In this document: positions 45,651 through 57,105 of the stretch, one piece after another
How positions within the stretch are numbered: the first letter of the stretch is position 1
Layout: every line of letters begins with the position of its first letter
Translations under genes and position numbers: made by a program
The notes under the pieces: generated by a model
What the model saw: the letters and a program-made list of their open reading frames with translations, nothing else
The model's database searches: none
Told to the model about the DNA's origin: nothing
NCBI GenBank assembly: GCA_004764695.1
Contig: SMSO01000014.1
Span: 7,058,029-7,122,028 of the forward strand
DNA: 64,000 nt
Reading direction: 5' to 3'
Source: Schizochytrium sp. TIO01
Lineage: Eukaryota > Protista > Bigyra: Labyrinthulomycetes

Positions 45651-46757
45651 GTGCGATGCTTCTTCGAGTTATTCGATGTTTTGATGGTGTCAGAAGGCAC
45701 TGGATCCTTGCCCAATCGAGGTCATCTTCTACATAGGAAAAGCTTACATCACCTGCAAATCGAAAGTGGGGGCATTGTTGCTCAATTGCTAGTTGTTGTG
45801 ATGAATGCTCAAAAAGAAGCTCTGCAACGCCGGTCTCGCTCCAAAAACGATGAGTCAAAGACTTCGTTCAAGGAGCTCATTGCTGCATCACGCACAAAAC
45901 GAGGTGCCAAAACAGAACGAAGGACTTTAGCAGAGGTTGAGCACTCTTTCCTGCCTCGCGAGGCTCGAGAAGATCAGCGACCTCCGCACAGACGCCCAAA
46001 GTACCATAATATTTTCGCAAAAACTGCAGAGTTTAACCAGCGCTTGGAATTGAAGGATGCTTTGCAACGCTTCCAGAAGATTCGTCCAAATACTCTTTGT
46101 GAACAATCCTCGGTTTCAGATCAAGAAAAGATTGCATGGAAAGATGTTCTCACTAGGTGGAAACATCTTCGACATGGATATTCTAAGCAGATACAACAGC
46201 AGAATAAAATTCGACACCAGACACTTCAAAATGAGTGGAGTGAGTGGCTAAAGCTCCACAACCCTGTTTTGAGCGCTCAGTGGACAGCGATTCGAGATCG
46301 CCGTATGGACCTCTTGCAGTGGTTTCGCGTTCTTGACTTGGATGGAAGTGGTGAAATTAGTACTGCGGAACTTGTTGACCCATTGCTTACGGTAGGGCTT
46401 TGTCGTAACCGCCGTGAGGTTGAAGAGCTTGTGGCTAGTATTGATGCAGACGGTTCCGGGGCCATCGGTTTCGACGAATTTCTACATATTATTTGTTCGG
46501 AGGATGGAGAGGGACCCAATAGCGGAAATGCCCTTGTTCAGTTGTACAAAACAGCAGCACAGGGCGAACTTGGAGACTCATCTACTTTAGATTTTTCTTT
46601 GATCCTTGCATCATACCGCCGAAAAGTTATATTACATGCTCTTGCGCCAACATCGGAGCACGCAGAGCAAAGTGATTCTCGGAAACGTGACACATTATGT
46701 GTCAATGCTCTTGCGAATGAGTTTTGGCAACGTAAGTATTCAATCCCTCCGCCCTGA
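45651..46757 (+). CDS. EF-hand calcium-binding protein (start uncertain)
   Basis: EF-hand pair DLDGSGEISTAE and DADGSGAIGFDE. Confidence 0.8.
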   Translation: MRCFFELFDVLMVSEGTGSLPNRGHLLHRKSLHHLQIESGGIVAQLLVVVMNAQKEALQRRSRSKNDESKTSFKELIAASRTKRGAKTERRTLAEVEHSFLPREAREDQRPPHRRPKYHNIFAKTAEFNQRLELKDALQRFQKIRPNTLCEQSSVSDQEKIAWKDVLTRWKHLRHGYSKQIQQQNKIRHQTLQNEWSEWLKLHNPVLSAQWTAIRDRRMDLLQWFRVLDLDGSGEISTAELVDPLLTVGLCRNRREVEELVASIDADGSGAIGFDEFLHIICSEDGEGPNSGNALVQLYKTAAQGELGDSSTLDFSLILASYRRKVILHALAPTSEHAEQSDSRKRDTLCVNALANEFWQRKYSIPPP

Positions 46758-47447
46758 TCAATAATGGTCCTCTCTTTGTAAAGGAATTCCAGAATGAAAA
46801 ATATGAAATAGCCTATACGAGATTGAATTTATTTGTGTGTCCGTCAGAAGGAAATATAACCGCTGAAGACACCATTTTGTTATAAGATTGGTTTTTCATT
46901 ACAATTACTAAAATTAGAAATCAATTCGAATTCGCGTCCCAGCTAATCTTCGGTTTTTAAATACGTGAGCCAATTTTGATACCCATACCATTTTTCCAAG
47001 ACCGCATTTCTAACAGCAAATAACTTTGGTCTGCTTCACTACATACATAGGCTACATGAACTGCTCAGATAATTTTTCGTTGGGAGTTGCTTTTCTGTTT
47101 ATCTCCTCTCACCCACAAAAATACATTTCAGAATATGAAAGGCGAGTTTATAACATGCACAGCACTGGATCATTCTATCATTCCCTGCATCACGAGTCTG
47201 CTTTCGTATTTGAAATATTACATATAAAACACAAATTGGAGAAAGAGAGACATGCAGTGCTTTCATGACCAAATGCGATCTATTGAGGAAGCAAGAAATT
47301 CCCCTTTAAAAGGCTTGTATGAATCTGTAAAGGATAAGACTTATATTTCCGTCTCCAGTTTTTCGGAAAGGTAGCAAGCGACTAGCCATTTTTGTCTCTT
47401 GTCCTACAGTTGTCTTCTTTCTTAATCGGTTTTGAAATTCGGAGATC

Positions 47448-49871
47448 TTACCAGACCTCACACCGCGTGGTTGGATTCATAGTACTACCTGCCGGGCATT
47501 GAAAAGCATCCGCAAACGGTTGAAAGGATTGGAGAGTTCCAATAACACGGAATCGACTAGGTGAGTGCACATCATTTAAGACAACCTTTTCCATGGTCTG
47601 GTCTCGCATATTGCCACACCATGTGCGAGCAAATGCAATAAAAAACATTTGGTCAGAGGTATAATGAGAAAGGCCTGGTAGGTTCAAGAAGAAGCTCTCG
47701 TCAGTTCCTTCTATTACGTTTAATTCCTGCTCTTCTCGAGCACTCTGATAAGCTGTGTAAGCTTGCTTGAGTCCCGCATGATCAGCTATATTCTCGCCTA
47801 GGGTAAGATTGCCTCGTACATGAGCTTTGCCATTCAATACAGTAAATGCATCATACTGCCTACGAACGCAGTCAGTTTGTTTCCGAAAACTGTTGTAAGT
47901 AGCGGGTTGCCACCAGGTTTCAAGATTACCCTTTGAGTTATATTGAGCACCAACATCGTCAAAGCCATGTGAGAGCTCGTGACCTATAACTGATGCAATG
48001 CAGCCATAGTTAAGAGCCGGAATGTAGTCCTTATGAAATAATGGTGGTTGAAGAATACCAGCGGGAAATACAAGCTCGTTGTTTGAGTTTGAGTAATACG
48101 CGTTTACATCAACTGGGTTCATATGCCATTCCTCTTTATCAACCAAATTGCCAAGACGTTTCAGCACTCGGGTGAGGTCATAGGTTGCAGCATTGCGCAG
48201 ATTAGCAAAGTAATCATTTTCAGAAATAGAAAGAGAATCATAGCGGGAATTCAGGGCAACGTCATCCATGATAAAATCAGGATAACCGATCCGAAATTCA
48301 CTAGCATCCACCTTTTCACGTGCACGAGCACGCGTAGTCTCATCCATCCAGTCAAGAAGACCAAGATTCTTTTTAAAGCTATCTTGAACACGCTTGACAA
48401 GCGCAGAGGCCTTAGCTTTTGAATCTTGTGAGAAATGACTGTTTAGAAACATTCGCGCTACAAGAAACCCTAGTCGGGACTCTGTGCGAGAGACGCACAA
48501 TTTCCAACGCGGAGTTTGCATTTCGATACCATAAACAACCTTGTCAAATTCAGCATCATTATTGAGAAATTTTTGTGGGAGATGCGGCGAAAAATGGAAA
48601 ATAATACGAAAGAGCAAGTAGTCCCTGACAGTCTCAAGCGATGTCGAAGCGAGAAGATTTTCCATTCTTTCCAGAAAAGTTGTTGATTCAACAGTTACCG
48701 TGTGCAGAGCATGAATAGAGCTCTGGTCAGCACCTTGAAGAACTGCATAGAGGTATGAGGAGAGCTTCATGTTTGGCATGAGCGCATCAAGGTCTTTGAC
48801 GAGTACGGGTGTATTGGAAGTTGTGGGATCACGAAGCTTCTCAGGGGGTTCCATAATTCCGGCCAGTTCTTGCTCAAATAGAACAATGTTGCGTGCACGC
48901 TGAAGATTCATATGTGCCTCCCCGCGCCAGGCTGTGATTTGACTGACGATGAGTTTGCGCAAGGCTACCAAAGAAGAATCTGAGTCAATGTTCTTTCCAA
49001 TGTACGCTGAGCGACTCGGCAATGCTAAACCACCTTGACCAAGGTACACGACATTCTTGGATGAATTGTGCACGCCAGCATAGATGCCAAAGTCAAAGAA
49101 TGCACCAACACTGGCCCGATGCATATTGGTGAGGATACCTCGGAGAGTATCCCACGCCTGAGCATCCCATGTAGAATTGGCATCAACTGTCCACGCGTGC
49201 AAGCCTAGGTCCGATGCAAACCGATCAACTGGCACAGTTCCTATGATATTGATCCTGTTTAGATCCATGCATGCACGATAGAACTTGCGTGGCTTAGCCA
49301 TGTATGATGACATCGTTGATGAGTTTGTCGTGGAAGCATCATTTTCAAGAAGTTGGCGTAGAACTAAACGGTTTTGGTCGGCAATTTTGCTCAGGGTAGA
49401 CACGCTAGCTTCTGTAGGCTCAATCGGGTGCGACTGGACCCAGTTTCCGCAAACATGCTCATAAAAATCATCGCACGGGTTGGTAGAAGCATCGATACTG
49501 GCAAGTAGATCGCTGGCTGCATGAATGCAAGCTTCTGTCTCGCATACAGAGGCCCGATTCTCCTCAAGGACTTCGAGTTGTTTGTCTCGTAGCCCAACGC
49601 TGAGCAAGGAGAGCAGCAAAATCGCGCAGCTCAGAAGAAGGGCCTTTTCTAAAGTTGACCGTTGTTGCCAGGCTTCGCAGCACAGCATATCTTGCTGCTG
49701 TTGTTGCTTTGAACTGTCGACCTGAGCAAAGTAACGTCGCTGAGGATCCCAGTGCGACTCGAGATTGTCAATACGCTCGGCCTCCAGCTCATCGATACCA
49801 TCGTCATCCTCTGAATCCCACCTTGGTGCTGCACCAGTGTTATGTTTGTTCCTGCGATCTGGCATCTCCAT
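47448..49871 (-). CDS. M13 family zinc metallopeptidase (neprilysin/ECE-like), type II membrane protein
   Basis: Single N-terminal TM helix, CETEAC...PCDDFYEHVCGNW, VNAYY, HELSH zinc motif, GENIAD, HSPSRFR, C-terminal CEVW. Confidence 0.96.
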   Translation of the reverse strand: MEMPDRRNKHNTGAAPRWDSEDDDGIDELEAERIDNLESHWDPQRRYFAQVDSSKQQQQQDMLCCEAWQQRSTLEKALLLSCAILLLSLLSVGLRDKQLEVLEENRASVCETEACIHAASDLLASIDASTNPCDDFYEHVCGNWVQSHPIEPTEASVSTLSKIADQNRLVLRQLLENDASTTNSSTMSSYMAKPRKFYRACMDLNRINIIGTVPVDRFASDLGLHAWTVDANSTWDAQAWDTLRGILTNMHRASVGAFFDFGIYAGVHNSSKNVVYLGQGGLALPSRSAYIGKNIDSDSSLVALRKLIVSQITAWRGEAHMNLQRARNIVLFEQELAGIMEPPEKLRDPTTSNTPVLVKDLDALMPNMKLSSYLYAVLQGADQSSIHALHTVTVESTTFLERMENLLASTSLETVRDYLLFRIIFHFSPHLPQKFLNNDAEFDKVVYGIEMQTPRWKLCVSRTESRLGFLVARMFLNSHFSQDSKAKASALVKRVQDSFKKNLGLLDWMDETTRARAREKVDASEFRIGYPDFIMDDVALNSRYDSLSISENDYFANLRNAATYDLTRVLKRLGNLVDKEEWHMNPVDVNAYYSNSNNELVFPAGILQPPLFHKDYIPALNYGCIASVIGHELSHGFDDVGAQYNSKGNLETWWQPATYNSFRKQTDCVRRQYDAFTVLNGKAHVRGNLTLGENIADHAGLKQAYTAYQSAREEQELNVIEGTDESFFLNLPGLSHYTSDQMFFIAFARTWCGNMRDQTMEKVVLNDVHSPSRFRVIGTLQSFQPFADAFQCPAGSTMNPTTRCEVW

Positions 49872-50255
49872 GGCGTCGACCGTCTCCCGACCCGTCTCAA
49901 TTCCAGGTTTTGATCTTGTGCTCCTGATTCCAACCCATCGTCTTTCTCGCTACTATTGAATACGTGTACGTAGTAGGAGCTGGTAGTAGTAGACGACTAA
50001 CTATTGAGCCACTCTCACCGACATAGTAATTAATTAATCTACAACGGGAGAAATATACCTGCTTTCGCACCTATTACCTGTCGTTTCCTTCCTTTCTCAG
50101 ACCCCAAAAGCGAGGCCCATTTTCACGATTCAAAGGTCATGAGTCAAAACGGTTTAGCTCGGGTCAAAACTCAGGCCAAAACAATCATTACCCATGAGCC
50201 AAGTCCAGCACATCGCCGAGCAGTACCTGGGTACTCTCTGGAGTCTGTACAACAT

Positions 50256-50259
50256 TGTT

Positions 50260-50292
<33 letters not shown>

Positions 50293-50293
50293 G
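50256..50293. repeat. (TGT)n trinucleotide repeat
   Basis: Directly visible. Confidence 0.9.
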
Positions 50294-51269
50294 CCACAGT
50301 CAACTAGCCTACTACTGCCTACCTACCTAACAGAAAAGCAGTGGTGCGGATACTCTATTTACAGACTCTTTTCTCTACTTTAAGCTACCCTCCAAAGTGG
50401 AATATACGCGGATCCCCTTGTGTAGCAGATTTATACTCTGTTCTTGCGGCCCAAAGTAGGGAATGCGGGCCCTATAGCGCACTTGCAGCGCACCGTTACA
50501 AGCGCAGAATAGGCATCTACAAGTAGAGAATAGGAATCGACAAGTAGAGAATGCAGCGCAACTATCGATTCCGTGTGTTGAACTATCTATCTATTGTGTA
50601 TTGTGAGCATGGTTCGACGAGGGGCCACACGCAATCCCTGAAAAGTAGCGAGCAGACGCGAGTCCCACTCGCACGCGACGTGCGAGGCCGCGGCGACGCT
50701 TCCCGGCGTTCCCGAGAGTGTCCGCCCGTTCTCACCGAGTCGTCTGCTTGGATTGTGGCTCGCTCGTAAGGCGCTCGAGGCACCACCAGAGGAAGCATTG
50801 ACAGGAGTCCGCGATCGCGTGCATCAGTTAAAAAGCCAAATCTGAGTGAGCCAGGTTTTTGTAGTTGTTAAAAGAAGACCAGGAAACGTTAAGAGTTAGT
50901 TAGTGAGTTAGTGAGTTAGTTCATCAGCGAGAAGATCGCAATTCGGAGGACTCGGAAGATTTAACCCCTCTTATTTCATCCCAATTCCCGCAAGTGTTTC
51001 ATTGTCATTTGCAATAAACGGGCTCAGCCAAGATTGCTCCGTTGCGCGATCGTGGGGTGAGCGGCAGATTGCAATTGATCGATTGATTCATAGATTGATT
51101 GGCCACTTGAGTTAGCAAGCAAGCGTGCCTGCTTTGCGAGGATTAGAGTCTACTCTGTTTGTTGCAGCGTGCGGCGCAGGGTGGTGCGAGTAGTTGGCAG
51201 TTGCTGATACTTGCCATTGGTTGATTATCCCAACCATATAGCCCTTTCTTTTGGCGATTTGACTCAAGA

Positions 51270-52994
51270 ATGCGTACCATAGCAGGTGTGATTCGCACGG
51301 TTTTACTGCTGGCAGTTGCTCTGTGCGTGGTAAGCCATACCCTGGCTTCCTCCAATGCCTCAGGACTGATTGAGGGAGGGGACTTGCGTGTGTCTGGAAA
51401 CTCTACTACATTGGTCTTGGCTCCCCAGGATGCAGTCGCGGAACCCAGCACGGTGGCCCCGGTCCCAATGCAAAAGAACTCCCCTTTGAAGAAGAATGTA
51501 ATGTGGAATATGGTTAGGATGTTCGCTCTTCCGGTCTTGATTTTCATGTGTTTTGTGGCACTTGCAATCGTTTGTGATGACTACCTGGCACCATCACTAG
51601 AGACTTTTGTAGACAAGGTTGGGATGCCTCACGATGTTGCAAGCGCCACCTTCTTGGCCTTTGGGTCCTCGGCCCCAGAGATTAGCATCAATTGCGTAGC
51701 TACAATTCATGGCAAGGTGAGTCTTTCACTGAGCGCAGTGCTTGGTTCAGGTATCATCGCGTATACGGTAATTCCCGCAGCCTGTGTACTTGTGAGCAAA
51801 GGTCAGGTTCTGCGTCTTGAAGCTGTGCCTTTGATTCGAGATATGGTTTTCTATGCGGCTTCATTGTCTGTATTTGTAGTATTTACATTTGAAGGCTCGT
51901 TCACAAAGGAGCGCAACATTTCGATGCTTTTGTTATTTGTTGGTTATTTGGTCGTCATGGTTGTGCTCGGAAAGATTTACCATGGAAAAGACTCGTTGAG
52001 TAACAAGGTTACGGGTGCTACTGTTGAGGAACAGCTACCCTTGACAGGCGAGACTAGCGAAATTGATTCGCAGTGGGAAAGCAAGGAACCATTTGATCGC
52101 ACTCGTCTTCTTGTACGCTGGAAGACAGACTCTGATATTCCTCGTCACCACATTGATGAGGGATACGGAACGCGAAACCCTTTTGATGATGAGTTATCTG
52201 AGGCAGAGGCGCGACAAGAGCTTGAAGAAGTTGAAAATAAGTTAGACCAGGCTTTGCGTTGGATTTCCACTCCACTTCGTCTACTTTTTCACGTGACCAT
52301 CCCCCCTCTCTGCTGGTCGCCCCCTGATGATGATGATGATGATGATGATGACGAGGCTGATATTGGCCCTAGTGCAAGCGTTATAAGTGCAAATGACGAG
52401 GTGAAGCAGAAATTAAGCAGAGTTTACCCCTTGACGATGTTAATGTCGCTGGTCTACGTTGCGCTGTTCAGTGAGCTCGTGCTAATTTTTACAACGGACT
52501 TTGCGGAGCTTGTTGGCCTGTCCCATACGATTGCAGGCCTGACAATTGTTGCTCTTGGTGCTCAGGTTCCCGATTTATTTGCTAGCATGTCAGTAGCTAA
52601 GCAGGGGGAAGGGCCTAGTTCGATTGCTAATGCTGTCGGTTCACAGATTATCAACATTCTAGTAGGCATTGGTGGTCCATTTCTTGTTTATAATTGGCAA
52701 ACTGGATCTGCTGTTGACGTTATGTCATCTGGGGCAAGTGATGGTGCTGGCCTCGCTATGACAGGCGTAATGATGTTATTTCTTGTGGTGGTATTTTCGA
52801 TGTTATGTTTTCGCCACATGAGCTGTGGCAAGGGTGACCACCATCAGCACAACCATTCCAGCCACAACCATTCACACCATCACCATCACCATACCAAACC
52901 CGCGTTAACAAGTCTCGATGCTGTAATTCTAGCGGTGCTCTATGTGGTCATGATTGTTGTGCTAGTTTGTTCAGAAACGATTGTGCGTGTATAA
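51270..52994 (+). CDS. Cation/Ca2+ exchanger (NCKX/SLC24-like, CaCA superfamily)
   Basis: Signal peptide, LAIVCDDY, alpha-1 ATFLAFGSSAPE, alpha-2 GLTIVALGAQVPD...NAVGSQIIN, acidic central loop, His-rich insertion. Confidence 0.9.
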   Translation: MRTIAGVIRTVLLLAVALCVVSHTLASSNASGLIEGGDLRVSGNSTTLVLAPQDAVAEPSTVAPVPMQKNSPLKKNVMWNMVRMFALPVLIFMCFVALAIVCDDYLAPSLETFVDKVGMPHDVASATFLAFGSSAPEISINCVATIHGKVSLSLSAVLGSGIIAYTVIPAACVLVSKGQVLRLEAVPLIRDMVFYAASLSVFVVFTFEGSFTKERNISMLLLFVGYLVVMVVLGKIYHGKDSLSNKVTGATVEEQLPLTGETSEIDSQWESKEPFDRTRLLVRWKTDSDIPRHHIDEGYGTRNPFDDELSEAEARQELEEVENKLDQALRWISTPLRLLFHVTIPPLCWSPPDDDDDDDDDEADIGPSASVISANDEVKQKLSRVYPLTMLMSLVYVALFSELVLIFTTDFAELVGLSHTIAGLTIVALGAQVPDLFASMSVAKQGEGPSSIANAVGSQIINILVGIGGPFLVYNWQTGSAVDVMSSGASDGAGLAMTGVMMLFLVVVFSMLCFRHMSCGKGDHHQHNHSSHNHSHHHHHHTKPALTSLDAVILAVLYVVMIVVLVCSETIVRV

Positions 52995-53454
52995 TCGTTT
53001 TCAAAATCCGACAAATTACTCGTATTCGCTTCTAATTTGAGGCTTATTTACATCCTTTTTACGTTTTGCAGTCGTAAGGTAACAGCAGAATCTTTCAAGG
53101 TACATTTTCTACTTTTAAAAGCGGATATTTGTACTAGTTTGGATGCACTGTTAATGGATGTAGCAGTGTCACAATTTGGACACCTTAAACCTATACTGCT
53201 GCTGTTGATGGGTGTTTATTTGGTTTTGGTTTTGTCAAACAAAGAATAAAAGAAAAGAACGCACCCCATCTCCTAATCATTTGAAAATTTTGATATTTTG
53301 TTGAACCACAGAATATAGCTGAAGATATTGTTGGTACTACAGTGAAAATCTTGTTTGAGCCAGTTCTCCAACCTGGAAATGGGAGATGACATCAAGTGAT
53401 GTAAAAGTCAATAAATTCGCTCAAAGTACGAATATCAAACATTCTCAGTCCTCG

Positions 53455-53479
53455 CCCCCCCCCCCCCCCCCCCCCCCCC
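53455..53479. repeat. poly(C) tract (~25 nt)
   Basis: Directly visible; G-quadruplex potential on the minus strand. Confidence 0.9.
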
Positions 53480-54779
53480 TATTTATTTTAAAAAGAAATC
53501 AAAAGAATAAAAAGTATTCTTGAAAAACTTGCTAACGTGCTCGACGCTGTACTTTAGGGTGTTGGACACAGTTTAAAGGAATTGATGATCGGTCTTGGCG
53601 ATGAGATGAAGCAAACGTGGTCGCTTGACAAGGTGGCGAACGAGCTTTGGGGGCGAGAAACAAAAGATTTGCCGATGACTGAAGTGGCAGTATAAGGCAA
53701 GAAAGCAAAAAGAAAACGTAAACCCCCGCCTTTGAGAAAGAATGAAATGTGTGGAGATGAATGGATGTATGTACGTAAAAAGATCAAAGACTCCGTTACA
53801 GATGCGCCCAAATAACCTGAGAAATGAAAAACGTCATGGGGAATATGCCACGTGACAATTTCTGTTTGTTGCTACTGAATAAAGAACCTGGACCGCATGT
53901 GAACGATACCTCGCCAAAGAAGGATTCTTAAGTGCACTTTGAAGAACCAGAGTGAAAATCTGTGTCGCCAACCATGGCAAAAGGGGTTCGCGAATATTGA
54001 CAAGCACTCAAGAAAAGGTGGAGCAACCCTACTCTGGAAAGATGATCAGCATGAAGTAGGTAGAAACCCATTTGGTGAGATCATGCATACCTTTATAGCA
54101 CCCTGATTGACGTTTCCCGCTGTTTTCTGTTTATTTATATGGGTGTGGGGGGCTGGAGAGAGGAGAGCGGAGTATCGTGAAACGTTTGCAAGGAGGCAAC
54201 AAGGAAGGCAAAGATTTTATTTGGAGCGTCTCAGGGGGAAGACGAGATCCCGAGGCAACCTTGGGGCGCAACGGTAAGAATCGAGTCAACTCGTCTTTCC
54301 AGTGGGGGGGGTAGTTGATGTTGTTATGAAGGTTCGAATGAAGGATTCTTTGAGGTACTCCACCTCCCTCTTCTATTTGCAGAGCTTGGGTATGATGAGG
54401 GAGATCCTCGTGCTGGAGTACAACGAAAGGACTGCCTCTTGCTTGTCTGGGAAGATAAAAGAATGTGGAGATTGTTAAATGAGCACGAGATGAAGGAGTT
54501 TGATTGTGATCACAGATTTGAAAGTGTAAGTAGTGTATAGAGTATTATTCACTTTCTTCTTCAAGTTGTATAACGTTGTTGTTGGGATTGTTATGGCTTG
54601 CCTGTTGGCTACCAGGGCGTATTATTGGTCGTAAATTGGGGAGGGGGTGTTTGGGGAATGAAGCGTCAAAAGATTCCACACGGGGTTGTGGTATGATGAT
54701 ATATGGACGTATGCGTGGAGGGTACTTGGCTTTTCAGTCATTCAGCCAGTCAGTCTACTACTTGTGCGTCATTCCTCTT

Positions 54780-55859
54780 TTAGTGGTTGAGGAGGAGCAC
54801 AGAGCAGATGAGGGCTGCCCAGGTGCCGAAGTAGCCGTTACCGACGTTGGTAAACGGGTTGAAGAAGGTGAGCACGATAAGAGCGACCGCCCACCAGACA
54901 ATCATGAACATGACAAAGACCTTGTTGCCCTTCTCCGGGAGCTTGGCGGAGAGCAGAATACGGATGAGCACAACTGCAAAAGAGACGCATCCAACAGCAA
55001 TAGCGTAGGATGCATTGTAGTCCTTACATCCATGGCTGCACTCTGCGACTCCAGAGAAGAGCACAACAAGGGAGGCCACAAGCAGGATAGCATAGCGGTG
55101 TCCAAGCTTGGAGAAGCGGTCAATCGTGTCACGCACGCGTCCGACAGCATTGGCAAGAAGCATGAGAGAGCAGAGCAGCCCTCCCCAGGCCGCAAAGTAG
55201 CCGTTGCCGGGCACGACAAAGGGTGCGTCTGAGCCAAAGGTCGTGAAGCCAGCGACGAAAACCCACCACGCGAAGAAGAAGATCACGAGGGCCAGCTGAA
55301 GCTTGGGTGTGAGGTTGTTCACGCGGTCAAGCGCGAGGTAGACGATCGAAACTACGAGCGAGATAACGCCGGCGGCGACGGCGAAGCCGCTCTTACCCTT
55401 GCAGTAGTTCTGGTCGCTGCAGGTTGTGGAGGCAGAGATGGTGAGAATGACGGAAGCCACGAGCACGAGCAGAGGGTAGCCACCGTTGTTGAAAATCTTC
55501 TCCTTGGCGCCGTCCAGCGTGACAGCGTCGTGCTGGCCATAGGTCGTGTCGCCGTCGTAGTGGGCTGCGCCATTTCCGTGGTTGCGCTCCAGGTCATCGT
55601 CATCGTGGGCCTCAGGAGGAGGTACGGGCACGGCGTACGCCTGCTCCATGCTGCTGCCCTGCTGCTGATGAGTGTCACTCATGGCGAAAGCGTCAGCCTC
55701 AGCGTCCCCAGAGGATCCGTGGCGGCTCAGGTACTGCTGCTGCGAAGGAGGCGGCGGCGCGACGGAGGAGGTGGTCTGCGCGAACGGATTCTGTGTCGGG
55801 GAGGAAGGCGTCTGCTGCTGCTCTTGCGAGGAGGCCTCAGCTGTCTTTCCATCCAGCAT
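54780..55859 (-). CDS. 8-TM membrane protein built of two 4-TM repeats, each ending in PF-x2/3-GNGYF-x-x-W
   Basis: Internal duplication: ASTTC...FAVAAGVISL...WW...PFVVPGNGYFAAW versus GVAEC...YAIAVGCVSF...WW...PFTNVGNGYFGTW; strong GC3 bias. Confidence 0.85.
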   Translation of the reverse strand: MLDGKTAEASSQEQQQTPSSPTQNPFAQTTSSVAPPPPSQQQYLSRHGSSGDAEADAFAMSDTHQQQGSSMEQAYAVPVPPPEAHDDDDLERNHGNGAAHYDGDTTYGQHDAVTLDGAKEKIFNNGGYPLLVLVASVILTISASTTCSDQNYCKGKSGFAVAAGVISLVVSIVYLALDRVNNLTPKLQLALVIFFFAWWVFVAGFTTFGSDAPFVVPGNGYFAAWGGLLCSLMLLANAVGRVRDTIDRFSKLGHRYAILLVASLVVLFSGVAECSHGCKDYNASYAIAVGCVSFAVVLIRILLSAKLPEKGNKVFVMFMIVWWAVALIVLTFFNPFTNVGNGYFGTWAALICSVLLLNH

Positions 55860-56781
55860 CTTGTTTGTATGTTTGTTTGTTCGATTGTTTGTTTGTCTGA
55901 TTCTTTCATAGATATGATGATAGATATGATGATAGATCTATCTTTTTAAGTGCGATTGTTTGTTTGTTTGTTTATTTATTTATTTATTTATTCCTAATAA
56001 ATGCTTTTGTTTTCCGCTTCCCTTTTCGTTTTATCTTCCTCTTCTTTCTTCCTCTGCTTCTCCTCTTTGCTATCTTCTTACTGTAGTCCTTAATTGCTTT
56101 CTAAGCGCCTCTAGCAAAAAGCATTTTCATCTCGCTTTTTTACTTTCTTTTTTCTTCCTTTTCTTTCTTTTTTTCTTTTTCTGTTGCTTCTTTCTCACTT
56201 TTCCAAGTTTAGCTTTTTCGTGCGGTAGAAAATAGAGAAGAACTTGAAGCTTGTCTAAGTTGAAGTGCGCCATCATGTTGGCTATACCTATCTACTGTTA
56301 CTAAATGAGCGTATCATGATTGGATGTCTTGAATCAGATCATCATGATAGGCACTACCACACCTATTTACCACTACGTTCCCCTGCCAATCTGGAGATAT
56401 GATATTTTTTACATAATGTTTCTACTATTGAGCCTCTTTCTTTTTCTTTATAAATGATAAATGTTTTTAAGTATGTTTTCAGAAAGATTTAATTTACTTT
56501 GCAAATAATTAGTATCTGGAAAACTTGAGTCGGCGTCAAGTAACCTAACTATCATCAGCAGAATAGACCATCCACCGTGCATGAATCATAGTAGTGTCCA
56601 ACAGCTGCTCCTGATTGGCACTTTCACTTCCGAGCTCCAAAGTGGCGAGGGAAACTACTATGTTCGCTTAATACTCCAGCTTGAACAAAGCAAAAGATAT
56701 GCAAGAACCTGAACGAGGCCTTTCTCCTATCGTAGATTGTTGCCTCTACGTACTACTAACTACTACCAGGTGATTGAACCC

Positions 56782-56837
56782 GGTTAGGTTAGATTAGGTC
56801 AGGTTAGGTTAGGTTAGGTTAGATTAGGTTAGATTAG
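56782..56837. repeat. (GGTTA/GATTA)n pentamer repeat, TTAGG-like
   Basis: About 11 tandem pentamer units visible. Confidence 0.85.
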
Positions 56838-57044
56838 AGTCGCAACCTCCCAGTTCTGTGGCAACTAACTGCCCGCGGTGAAGCTTGGCGAATGTGACGT
56901 GATTTGAAGAGATAGATGGCCGTGGGACTGGCTGGAAACCATTCCACGTCCGAGTGTCGCTGCAATTCTTTATCCCCAGGTATACAGCTCCAGAGATCTT
57001 TGAGGATTCACTGGAACAATCAGAGGTTTCTGTTTCCGATTCTT

Positions 57045-57105
57045 CTTTTGTTGTTGTTGTTGTTGTTGTTGATGATGTTGTTGATGATGATGTTGATTGA
57101 TGTTG
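57045..57105. repeat. (TTG/ATG)n microsatellite
   Basis: Directly visible. Confidence 0.85.
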
